This document shows positions 55,957 to 64,000 of a stretch of 64,000 nucleotides of DNA, one piece after another. The position numbers and the translations under genes are program-made. The DNA is taken from positions 2,464,001-2,528,000 of the forward strand of contig OY762209.1 of the NCBI GenBank assembly GCA_963665295.1. Direction: 5' to 3'. Positions within the stretch are counted from its first letter, which is position 1. Each line of letters opens with the position of its first letter. This DNA is from Syntrophorhabdaceae bacterium. Lineage in GTDB: Bacteria; Desulfobacterota; Syntrophorhabdia; Syntrophorhabdales; Syntrophorhabdaceae. Under the pieces are notes generated by a model. The model was not told the origin of the DNA, did not search any database, and saw nothing but the letters and a program-made list of their open reading frames with translations.

Positions 55957-58900
55957 TTACCTCACTATCGTCTTCCGGAATTTCCAAAAGTACACGCCTC
56001 TGATCTTCTTCCAATGCGGCGCCACGTTTGAATTGTCGCTCGGCACCAGCTCCCAGCCTGCCTTTTCCATCAGGTTCCTGTCATTTTTGAGCCGCTCGCC
56101 AAAGATGTTGGCATTGCCGTAGGGATTCCGGATGCCGTTATTCTTGCAGAACCGGTCGAAAGCGAACACGATGTCTTTCGGTGTGGCCACAAACTCGACA
56201 AAGGTTCTCATGTAATCGTCCTCGCCATCCTTTCCCTTGACCACTTCAGGCCCGATCTTCACCATTTCAAGGCCATATTCGGGATGGACGTAAAGGTTTC
56301 TCATCTCTTCATCCCCATCCTTCATTTTCATGATGTATTCCCGCACAAGGCCATCGAGCAGCTTGATGATGTTGGAGCTCTGCGTCTCCGTCTCTCTCGC
56401 CCTTGCGTCCTGGTACGTGATCCACGCCTTCCTGATGTGGGCGTCCCCCCAGCCGAACTCGCTTTCGAGGCCGTAATAAACGTCGTCGTCCTGATACCAG
56501 GGAATGTATCGGATGACCTTCTCAAGGATGAGCATCATCAAAGCCAAGAATTCATCGCTCCTGTTCTTGGAATGCCCCTTGTGCTCCTTCTTGAGGATGG
56601 TGATGTAATCCCGCCGGTTCTTGAGGTTGGGGAGAATATCCTTTTGAATGAACCGCATGATTGCGCTCACGATCAGGTCCCTGTGCTTGGTGATCTCGCC
56701 CATTATCTCGGTCTCCACAAACGAATCGCCTTTGAACTTGTTCTCGAACTCAATATCGTAGGTCCTGTTTATCAGCTCCGCCTTTTCGAAGGATTCTATG
56801 GCGGTGATCCACACGAGGGCTTTCGGCACCTGCTCCACCGTCTTTTCCCCGGAGGTCTCCGCCGCCTTCTCCTTACCGCCTCTCGTGGCCGATCCCAAGA
56901 GAAATTGCAGCTTCCCCTTCGTAATATCCTCATGTTCGAGGTTGTCGAGGACAAGAAGGGGGTTCTGGGCGCTTACCCTGTAGGAAGCCGGGCCGCTGAT
57001 TTCGATGGACAGGTGTTCCGTTCCGTAAAGGAGAAGGCTGAACAATTTCGCCGCCGTTGTCTTCCCTGCGGCCGTGCTCCCGCAAAGGTGAAGCAGGCCG
57101 GTGTAAGGAGCAAAATCGAGCAGGAAACAACAGATAAAATGACAGAGGACAAAATACCTCTGCTCCCGTTCGCACGTGAGGTTGTCGAAGATCGCCTCCG
57201 ACAGGATACCCATCCCGTCAGAGATATCCGCGTCGGGAAGAAAGTTCACGGGCATGATCTTCCAGGGGGACGCGAGAAGGACGCCGTCTTCATTGAGCCC
57301 GTTCGGGATCTCATCGACAGCCTTGGGGCTCACCTTCAATATGTTTCCGTCGGGCCCGTTCAGATTGATGTAAACCGTGTCCTCCGCAAGGTCGGTATGG
57401 ATCCACAGGAGCGGGTCCACCTTCTTCCCGAAGTTGTAGGCTTCGCTCGCGAGCGAATCCCACACGGACCGGCCCGGCTCCTTGGTGTGCTGGAGGCCGG
57501 TCGTCAGTTTCATGAGCGCGTTGAACGGCCTGTTATTGCCTATTTCATAAATGTGATGCTTGTAAAACAAGCCCGGAACGCCGTCGCGGGTGCAGTAAAA
57601 CAACCCGCTTTTGCCCAGCTCCCTGTAGATGAGAGAAACGATCATGTGCGGGTCCGCGTCCGCCTTCTTGGGGAGACTCGCGTAATATCGCCCGAGGGCC
57701 GTGAGAAGCTCCTGGGCGGCCTCGATCTGTTCCTGTATCGCTTTACCGGTAAGACCCAGCTCCTCTATCTTCTCGATGAAGGCAAGCCGCTCCGCCTCCA
57801 CCATATCCGCAAGCGCCGCGAATATTCTCCGGTCTTTCAGTGCCTTTAGTTTGTTATCCAGCCCTGAAAGCTTCGCGGTCTCGCCGATTTCCCATGTGAT
57901 GTAATCGCGGGCTTCGACCTGGAGGCGTTTGATCTCCTTTCGGCGCTCACCCTCCGGGAGGGTTCTGAGGTAATCGTCGGGGTCCTTAACGTAGTTATCG
58001 GCCCCTACCGGGCCTGACGGGTGGGAGATGATGCGGACGTTTATTCCCGCGGGGATCAGGACCGCGCAGATCTGACGGATGAATCCGTCGTGCCACTTGT
58101 CCCCCTTCCAGCCGCCGTGGCCGCCCAGGTCGTTGTCTACCCAGAGGTAGATGTGCTTCTTCGCGCAGGCGCTCTTGAGGGCTTGTATCTGCTGCTCCGA
58201 GGGCTGGCCGATCAGGCCGATCACGTGCTGGACACCGGCGTCGAGCACGGAGAGGGCGTCGTTCTCACCCTCGACGACGATGATCTCGTTGAACCTCTGC
58301 AACGCGGACTGGTTGTAGAACCGCCAGTCCTTGTGCCGGTACTCGTTCTTGAGCTGGTAGGGCGTGCTGCGGCCCTCGATACGCTTCTCCGGGTCCTTGA
58401 CGGTGAAATGGAGGACCTTCCCCGCGTCCAGGTGGGGGAAAATGACGAGGTGCTTCATGAACGTGTCGGAGAGGAACGGATGTCCGTTGTTGATCCTCTC
58501 CCGGGCGAGGCCCGACGCCGTGATGTCGGCGTCGCTGAAGTTCTTGCTCCGGAGGTGGTCCACGAGTCCCCCATCGGTCCAGCCGACTCGCATGGCCTTG
58601 ATCACGTCTTCACGATGGCCGCGCTTCTCGATGAGGTACGATTTCGCGCCATTCCCGTTCTCGTTGTACTTGAGATGGTAGTAATCGGCCGCCTCAATGA
58701 AGATGCGCTCCCTGGTGCTGAAGCGCATTTCACGGCGTTTCGGCTCGGTGAGGGTGACGCCGGCGGCGAGGGCCGCTCTCCGGAGAGACTCCGCCTTGTC
58801 GATGTTGTGGTACCGCTCGAAGAACGTAAAGACGTCCCCGCCGCTCTTGTCGGGGTCGCACTGAAAGCACTTGAAGACCTGCTTCGCCTGGTCCACGGTG

Positions 58901-59025
58901 AAACATTCGTGGCCGCCGCAGAACGGGCACTCCTCAAGGTGAGACCGTTTCATCTTGAGTCCGGTCTCGCCCTGGATAACCGTCAGCAGGTCGAGCTTAC
59001 CTTTTACTTCTTCAAAGTCGTTCAT
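55957..59025 (-). CDS. DnaG-type primase fused to a P-loop helicase-like domain
   Basis: CPFC/CFQC zinc finger, IIVVEGENDAL, WVDND, KDPDD; GSTAAGKTT and LLVLDN. Confidence 0.88.
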   Translation of the reverse strand: MNDFEEVKGKLDLLTVIQGETGLKMKRSHLEECPFCGGHECFTVDQAKQVFKCFQCDPDKSGGDVFTFFERYHNIDKAESLRRAALAAGVTLTEPKRREMRFSTRERIFIEAADYYHLKYNENGNGAKSYLIEKRGHREDVIKAMRVGWTDGGLVDHLRSKNFSDADITASGLARERINNGHPFLSDTFMKHLVIFPHLDAGKVLHFTVKDPEKRIEGRSTPYQLKNEYRHKDWRFYNQSALQRFNEIIVVEGENDALSVLDAGVQHVIGLIGQPSEQQIQALKSACAKKHIYLWVDNDLGGHGGWKGDKWHDGFIRQICAVLIPAGINVRIISHPSGPVGADNYVKDPDDYLRTLPEGERRKEIKRLQVEARDYITWEIGETAKLSGLDNKLKALKDRRIFAALADMVEAERLAFIEKIEELGLTGKAIQEQIEAAQELLTALGRYYASLPKKADADPHMIVSLIYRELGKSGLFYCTRDGVPGLFYKHHIYEIGNNRPFNALMKLTTGLQHTKEPGRSVWDSLASEAYNFGKKVDPLLWIHTDLAEDTVYINLNGPDGNILKVSPKAVDEIPNGLNEDGVLLASPWKIMPVNFLPDADISDGMGILSEAIFDNLTCEREQRYFVLCHFICCFLLDFAPYTGLLHLCGSTAAGKTTAAKLFSLLLYGTEHLSIEISGPASYRVSAQNPLLVLDNLEHEDITKGKLQFLLGSATRGGKEKAAETSGEKTVEQVPKALVWITAIESFEKAELINRTYDIEFENKFKGDSFVETEIMGEITKHRDLIVSAIMRFIQKDILPNLKNRRDYITILKKEHKGHSKNRSDEFLALMMLILEKVIRYIPWYQDDDVYYGLESEFGWGDAHIRKAWITYQDARARETETQSSNIIKLLDGLVREYIMKMKDGDEEMRNLYVHPEYGLEMVKIGPEVVKGKDGEDDYMRTFVEFVATPKDIVFAFDRFCKNNGIRNPYGNANIFGERLKNDRNLMEKAGWELVPSDNSNVAPHWKKIRGVYFWKFRKTIVR

Positions 59026-59061
59026 TCAGCCTCGTCGTCAGCCTCCAACTCATTGTGGTAA

Positions 59062-59310
59062 TCAAAGATCAAGCGTTACTTTGTTGTTGCGCGCGTCTTC
59101 AGCCGCTCGGCTACAGGCCTGCAGGCGAGCGTTATCGGGCCAGTACCCCAGTATCTCCGCCAGCATCGCTGCCACCTCAATCGATTTAGGGAACTGCTTT
59201 TTGGTAACTGCATACTTCTTGGCGTCAGGATTTCCCCCGACGTTCGAGACCGTGACCCGGACATAAGTGTCAATCGCCTCAATCGTCACACTACCCAGTC
59301 TATATTTCAT
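59062..59310 (-). CDS. hypothetical protein
   Basis: AGGAG RBS; well-formed ORF. Confidence 0.6.
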   Translation of the reverse strand: MKYRLGSVTIEAIDTYVRVTVSNVGGNPDAKKYAVTKKQFPKSIEVAAMLAEILGYWPDNARLQACSRAAEDARNNKVTLDL

Positions 59311-59390
59311 ACGCTCCTCGCCATTTCCTGCTGGTTCTGGTGGCGGTAGTTCGGGATCATGCTGTCGATGTCGATAAGGAGGATGTCCAT
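59307..59390 (-). pseudogene. 27-codon remnant, possibly of an internally deleted phage radical-SAM-like gene
   Basis: MDILLIDIDSMIPN resembles the N-terminus I recall for that family; recognised from memory only. Confidence 0.35.
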
Positions 59391-59399
59391 TCCCATTCC

Positions 59400-59621
59400 C
59401 TACACCACCTTCACAAATACGCGGACGGGAAAGGAGCCGTCGTCGCGGGCCCGCATGAACTCGCGGCCCGTGTTACAGATCCTTCCCATCTGGTCGATGG
59501 CGAGCGTTGATCCGTCGGTACGGTTGTACTGCCTGAACAAACTCTGGGCCTTGGCAACCCATTGGCCGAACGACGCAAACTGAAACAGTTCCTCTCCCAC
59601 GGTGATAGTGATTTGTTCCAT
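59400..59621 (-). CDS. phage hypothetical protein
   Basis: FASFGQWVAKAQ, GRIC..GREFMRARD..FPV. Confidence 0.7.
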   Translation of the reverse strand: MEQITITVGEELFQFASFGQWVAKAQSLFRQYNRTDGSTLAIDQMGRICNTGREFMRARDDGSFPVRVFVKVV

Positions 59622-60145
59622 CAGTGATCTCCTCTCGCGTCGCCTATTTCCTTCGAAACCTCATATGCCTTCACCGGAACCTCGCAATAGACCGAGAGCT
59701 TGCACGCCACTTCGACGGCCTTCCTCGCGTCGTGACCCAGGTGCAGTGCAGCGAGGGCAAAATCCCTTCCCGCGCCTATTGCTGCGAAATCGGTGATCTC
59801 TTGAACGAAAAAACTTTCAATCTCAAAAACATGGGAATCCATCACAAGGAGATAGCTGTTTTCGACAGATGATTTCCCCGTCCTCTTGTGTTTCTATTCC
59901 ACGAACTCGGAGAGGAAATTCACGATCGCCGATTCTGTCGCACCTTCGGGTTTTCGTGTCGCACAAAAAGCCTGGAGCAAGCTTCCTTCCTCCGCTAATC
60001 CTACAGAGCCGAGGATAAGATCATTGACCTTCACCAGCTTGGAGTACTTGTTGGTATCCGTGGACTGTGTCCAGCCACGCACGATAATAGAATCGGCGGC
60101 TATTTCAATCTTGCCACCCCTTGCGGTAACTGCGATAACGCTCAT
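59621..60145 (-). pseudogene. Ntn-hydrolase / proteasome-beta (HslV-like) peptidase interrupted by an in-frame TAG at 59896-59894
   Basis: MSVIAV...IAADS...SKL...GSVG, then after the TAG in the same frame AAIGAGRDFALAALHLG..AVEVAC. Confidence 0.75.
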
Positions 60146-60317
60146 CGGGCCTCCTACTTTTTTAGTGGTGAGGGGAGAGGACCTGTTCTCCCCTCGGTGC
60201 TGCTTATCGATTCGCCCATCCGGTACGCGGCTTCGGGTCTTCTGACGGCCCCTCAGGCTTGCGGCTTCTCCGCGCTCACGCCGCCCCATTCCGACCGGTT
60301 TCCAGGGCTCGTTGGAA

Positions 60318-60719
60318 TCATGGTAAATGAATGCCTGCATTTCTCAACACTTCGTCCGGGACATCGAAGAACCCTAGCTGTCCTTTGTAAGGGATCGGGT
60401 TATCGAAGCTCCGGGGTTTTGTGAAGAGAAAGCCGAAGGGGCCTGAAAACCACACGGACCGGCATTCCGACCCGACGCAACCCGCCATGTCCACCGTGCC
60501 GATGATCGCGCCCAGGGCGTACTTGCTCGGGGTGGGCATCCTGAGGCGGGGGAAATGGCGCTTCACCCACTTGTACCCCGCGTCATCGAAGGACAGGGAC
60601 GCATGGATAAGGAGCGGTCCGCGGTGGGGGTGAGTCCAACTCCTGTTCTCGACGGGTTTTTCACCGGCCGCGATGAGCCACGCCCAGGGCTGCCTGATGG
60701 AGAGGGCTTTCATTGGCAT
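60318..60719 (-). CDS. ASCH domain protein
   Basis: KALSIRQPWAWLI..GEKPVENRSW..RGPLLIHAS, KGQLGFF. Confidence 0.92.
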   Translation of the reverse strand: MPMKALSIRQPWAWLIAAGEKPVENRSWTHPHRGPLLIHASLSFDDAGYKWVKRHFPRLRMPTPSKYALGAIIGTVDMAGCVGSECRSVWFSGPFGFLFTKPRSFDNPIPYKGQLGFFDVPDEVLRNAGIHLP

Positions 60720-61240
60720 GAAGCACCTCCTTCCTCAAGGTAGCGGATCGGGCGGCCTATAAACTTGGCATACTCGATTTCATCGCGAGTCGATTCTCCG
60801 ATGTAGCCACCCACGTTCAACACAAAAACCTCGTCGGCGAGGTCTATCTTCCTTTTGTGGAGTTCATCAAGGGCCACCTTCTGCTTGGGCGTAGCTCCGA
60901 TATCTCCGCCGTGACGATTACGTGAAGCGTGCATGAAGAAACCCACGCTGAGTACGATTTTGCCGGACATGGTTTCCTGATAATTGGCCTCGTCAAAGGC
61001 ATCCTTGAATCGTGTAGAGCCACACAAGCACACTATTCTGGGTTTGTTCGTTCGAAGCGACCTTCCGAATTCCATCCACATCGCTTCGAACACCTCACGG
61101 TCGATGATGACGTAGTCCTGGGGGATTCCCAGTTTCGCCTGCATCGCAAGGTGCTCATGAATTACAAGCCTCCTGGATACAGCGGGCGCCGGTGTCGGCC
61201 GGGACGCACTCGGGGGTAATTGGTTGGACTCTTTCTTCAT
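60710..61240 (-). CDS. phage protein with a nucleoside-deoxyribosyltransferase-like fold
   Basis: IVCLCGSTRF, HKRKIDLADEVFV..GGYIGESTRDEIEYA. Confidence 0.6.
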   Translation of the reverse strand: MKKESNQLPPSASRPTPAPAVSRRLVIHEHLAMQAKLGIPQDYVIIDREVFEAMWMEFGRSLRTNKPRIVCLCGSTRFKDAFDEANYQETMSGKIVLSVGFFMHASRNRHGGDIGATPKQKVALDELHKRKIDLADEVFVLNVGGYIGESTRDEIEYAKFIGRPIRYLEEGGASCQ

Positions 61241-61713
61241 GGTCTCTTTTCTCCTCTCAGCTTCTGAATCATTTCCCTATCCGGATGGCGATAGTTAATG
61301 AGCCACTCGGGCGTTTTGATTAATTTGCCGTTCTGGGTGATCTGGATCCTCGTGCCGATGTCGGGTTGATTGGGAAAAGCGGCTTCGTACTCCTTGAGAA
61401 GAGCGGCAATCCTGTCCTGCCATTCCACTGGCATGGCCTCCATGAAAACGCGGGGGAGGGTAAGGAACGACGCGTAAGAGAGATTGAACCAGCACTGCAA
61501 GTCGTCGCTCTGCGTAAAGCGGCCCTCCTCTTTCGGCGCGTCTTCGAGCGGGCATTTGGGGTGAATGGTGCCGGGAATGATCCGCTCATCCTTGGGTCCT
61601 TCGTCGTGGTCGCACTCGTACCAGGACCACAATCCTTGCGTAACCTCAATGCAGTAAGGGCAATGAATCATCTCTTGCGACCAACATTTGTCGATTCTGA
61701 TGATTTTAGACAT
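61237..61713 (-). CDS. phage hypothetical protein
   Basis: Cys-rich N-terminus; WFNLSYASFLTLPRVFMEAMP, NYRHP. Confidence 0.7.
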   Translation of the reverse strand: MSKIIRIDKCWSQEMIHCPYCIEVTQGLWSWYECDHDEGPKDERIIPGTIHPKCPLEDAPKEEGRFTQSDDLQCWFNLSYASFLTLPRVFMEAMPVEWQDRIAALLKEYEAAFPNQPDIGTRIQITQNGKLIKTPEWLINYRHPDREMIQKLRGEKRP

Positions 61714-61727
61714 TAGTGTCTCTCCTT

Positions 61728-63062
61728 TCATCCGGCCAAGAGTGCGAGGCACAGGGCCTTCGCTGTCCTTCGCGGTACCGCGTTGCCGATCTGTTTCACC
61801 TGATCGGCGATCGTACCGCTCAACTTGTACTGACGAAGACTTGTTGCCGCCGCAAGCTCGCGTGGCTTCAACATGCGGAATCTGATGTCAATTTGATATT
61901 CAGCCGTCACTTCCACGAGGCCGAAGCGGTCCTTAGTTGTAATCGCATCGAGAGGCTCGTCGATGCTCTTCGCGGCTGAGTTGCCATAGTACTTAACGAG
62001 GAAGGGCTCAACCAGGGCTATGTGAGAATGTGTCGTGATTGCGGGTAACGGTCTATCACAGGCTCTTGCGCTGCCCTTGCCCTTCATCACCGCGAGAAAA
62101 GGTTCACAGAGATACAGGTGCGGGTTCGTGGTGATCGTGGGAAGAGGTTCATCGAGTCCTCTCACCGTGCTCTGCCCTTTCATAATCGTGATGAATGGCT
62201 CGGCAAGTGCTATGTGCTGCCCACCCGCCGTTATTGTGGGAAGAGGACGGTCTACCGACCTGGCTTTATTTGTTCCATAAAGCATGATCAAAAAGGGTTC
62301 GGCGTTTTTACCTCCGAATTTCTTGAGGCCAGCCTCTATTCTTGCCATGGTAGCGGGGACAAGGGGTTTTTTGCGGTTGAATATTGATCTGCTTTCTATC
62401 GAGAAATCTATGATCTCGCGAGCTGTGTGATACGGCTTCAGGCTTCCCATCCTGCCCGGCTCCCCATGGGTGATGTCGGGCCAAGTGATCTTCTTGTTGC
62501 CCCTGCAAGCCATAATGAAAAGCCTGTGCCTGTCCGTCGGATCGCCGTAGTCGGCGGTGTTGAGTATCCGGTCTTCCACGTTGTAGCCGAACGACCGGAG
62601 AGCGGTCAGAAACGCTTGATATGTCTCTCCCTTCCTTCTCTTCAGCGGCTTGCCGTTCGCCCCCGTGGGTCCCCAGTCCCGGAACTCCCGGACGTTCTCG
62701 ATAAGAACATTTTCTATCCGCAAGGTCTCGATCCATCGAAGGATGAGCCATGCGGATGCCCGCATTTGGTCGGACATGGGGCGGCCACCACGGGCAATGC
62801 TGTGGTGGGTACACTCGGGACTTGCGACGAGGATGTCGAGTTTTCCGGATTTGACCGCGTCTTCCGGACGGATCGCCTCCAACATTGCGCAGATGTGCCG
62901 CGCTTCCGGGTGGTTCGCCGCATGACTCTCGATCGCTACTTTCCAGTGATTTATGGCAAGGAGGTCCACCTTTTTTCCCAGGTTGTGACAGGCGTCGTAA
63001 AGCCCGGTGGAAGTACCGCCCGCCCCGCAAAACAGATCCACAGCCCTGATAACCTTGTCCAT
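61728..63062 (-). CDS. DNA (cytosine-5) methyltransferase
   Basis: DLFCGAGG, SPEC, ENV, R.RLF, QIGNAVP. Confidence 0.95.
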   Translation of the reverse strand: MDKVIRAVDLFCGAGGTSTGLYDACHNLGKKVDLLAINHWKVAIESHAANHPEARHICAMLEAIRPEDAVKSGKLDILVASPECTHHSIARGGRPMSDQMRASAWLILRWIETLRIENVLIENVREFRDWGPTGANGKPLKRRKGETYQAFLTALRSFGYNVEDRILNTADYGDPTDRHRLFIMACRGNKKITWPDITHGEPGRMGSLKPYHTAREIIDFSIESRSIFNRKKPLVPATMARIEAGLKKFGGKNAEPFLIMLYGTNKARSVDRPLPTITAGGQHIALAEPFITIMKGQSTVRGLDEPLPTITTNPHLYLCEPFLAVMKGKGSARACDRPLPAITTHSHIALVEPFLVKYYGNSAAKSIDEPLDAITTKDRFGLVEVTAEYQIDIRFRMLKPRELAAATSLRQYKLSGTIADQVKQIGNAVPRRTAKALCLALLAG

Positions 63063-63238
63063 CAGCCCCCCGCTTCGTTGAGGTCTTTGATCGCGGCCCG
63101 CACGTGGGCCATTATCTTCTCGTCGGACAGGTCTTCGTCGGAGTAATCCGGGTAGAACTGCCGGTTGTGGCGGACATTCATAAGGTGGACCGCCCGGTTC
63201 ACTTCTATCTGAGCGTTTACCAGGGCCTGTTCTTTCAT
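63062..63238 (-). CDS. 58-aa hypothetical protein
   Basis: GGAGG RBS; coupled at both ends. Confidence 0.6.
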   Translation of the reverse strand: MKEQALVNAQIEVNRAVHLMNVRHNRQFYPDYSDEDLSDEKIMAHVRAAIKDLNEAGG

Positions 63239-63912
63239 CCTCGCACCTCCACGCGCAATCGCGCAGGATTGGGCTCTTCTTGGTGTTCCCTCTCGTTGGC
63301 GAGGCTTGCGCCTTCGCCTTTCGTGAGGATGTCTACGAGCCAGTACTTGTCTACCTTGCGGATATCTATCTGACCTACGTTGGCGATGATGAACTCCCTG
63401 ATCGCCTTTTCCTTGATGTACCACATGTCGCCGCCCTGGAGGGCCGTCCGTAACGTGCCCCTGCGGGACGCCTTGAGGTATCCGTACTCTATCCAACGGG
63501 TGATTGCCTTCACATCGAGGCCGAAACATTCGGCGACGGCGGAGGCCGAGTACCCTTCGAGGTTCTGAATGAAACGCATTCTCTTACGCTTAATGAATAT
63601 CCCCGAAGTAGACCGGGAGAATCCCGCCTTCTTGAGGTTGTGCTGAATCCTTTCTGGACAGAGGTGGGCGGACCGTTTGAGGATGTCCAGTTCCTTCTCG
63701 CACCACTCGGGCTCCTTGATGTGGGTTTCTACCACCCCCAGGTCACGGGCCCGACGGGATATTCTCCACCGGGGAAGATTGAGCCGCTTCGCTAGGTCCC
63801 GCACCTCTCCCTTTCCCGTGGTCCCCTCCCGATAGATCGCCCTGATCTGGGCATCCATGAAGGGGGTAAAAATGTACTTGGGTAGTCTACCTCGGGTGGA
63901 GGCTACCGGCAT
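63235..63912 (-). CDS. multi-HTH DNA-binding protein
   Basis: LAKRLNLPRWRISRRA; VAECFGLDVKAITRWIEYGYLKA excisionase-like HTH. Confidence 0.65.
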   Translation of the reverse strand: MPVASTRGRLPKYIFTPFMDAQIRAIYREGTTGKGEVRDLAKRLNLPRWRISRRARDLGVVETHIKEPEWCEKELDILKRSAHLCPERIQHNLKKAGFSRSTSGIFIKRKRMRFIQNLEGYSASAVAECFGLDVKAITRWIEYGYLKASRRGTLRTALQGGDMWYIKEKAIREFIIANVGQIDIRKVDKYWLVDILTKGEGASLANEREHQEEPNPARLRVEVRG

Positions 63913-64000
63913 GATGTCGCCTCCGTCGCGGGAGCCTGAGCCGCCCGTAGGTCCTTCTCCAGTTTCTCGTAAAGTAATTCCGCGACGTGGGCTATCTTGA
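63903..64000 (-). CDS. 3' end of a gene entering from the right edge
   Basis: Open frame ...KIAHVAELLYEKLEKDLRAAQAPATEATSCR*. Confidence 0.5.
   Translation of the reverse strand, partial: KIAHVAELLYEKLEKDLRAAQAPATEATSCR

Larger units (their letters stand above)
8714..64000 (-). mobile_element. prophage with siphovirus-like morphogenesis and a Mor-family regulator, integrated at tRNA-Arg; extends beyond the window
   Basis: Continuous minus-strand terminase, portal, capsid, lysis and tail genes plus replication genes, abutting the tRNA 3' end. Confidence 0.93.

Noticed and set aside
345..63146. Numerous long antisense ORFs (e.g. 345-1292, 13980-15272, 16955-18412, 37577-39061, 56284-57849)
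   Set aside because: Shadow ORFs expected opposite GC-rich genes; no motifs or RBS
8714..64000. Mu-like transposable phage, or a phage-wide stop-codon reassignment
   Set aside because: No transposase in the window and the element abuts a tRNA; only one in-frame TAG interruption was found, and TAG ends other genes

Overview
The window has two parts. Bases 1-8713 are host chromosome from an anaerobic Gram-negative bacterium; a Desulfobacterota/deltaproteobacterium-like host is my inference only. This part holds an XRE regulator, a secreted protein, PilZ, a LuxR regulator, a probable selenocysteine rhodanese lipoprotein, thrC, a CTG-start exported protein, a MATE exporter, a ferritin-like protein, a CoA-disulfide reductase-like enzyme and tRNA-Arg(CCG). 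From the tRNA 3' end to beyond the right edge (>55 kb) lies a prophage encoded almost entirely on the minus strand. In transcription order it carries: (1) an early/replication region with a C5 methyltransferase, ASCH protein, amber-interrupted Ntn-hydrolase, 1022-aa primase-helicase, TopoVI-A-like TOPRIM protein and an iteron-like origin; (2) an internal tyrosine recombinase beside a dif-like site, a Mor-family activator and a methylase-like/GNAT-like + ParB-like DNA-modification pair; (3) a plasmid-like accessory operon (PC4-like protein, beta-clamp homologue, DUF488, two ParBs) headed by a ~400-nt structured RNA candidate with a tRNA-like minihelix; (4) a siphovirus-type head, lysis and tail module. 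The tail module ends in a glycosyltransferase-methyltransferase fusion next to a Ser/Thr/Gln-rich collagen-like fibre. A 38-bp putative late-promoter motif occurs three times. The far att site and any att-adjacent integrase are not in the window. All family assignments come from reading motifs by eye; no searches or folding programs were run.
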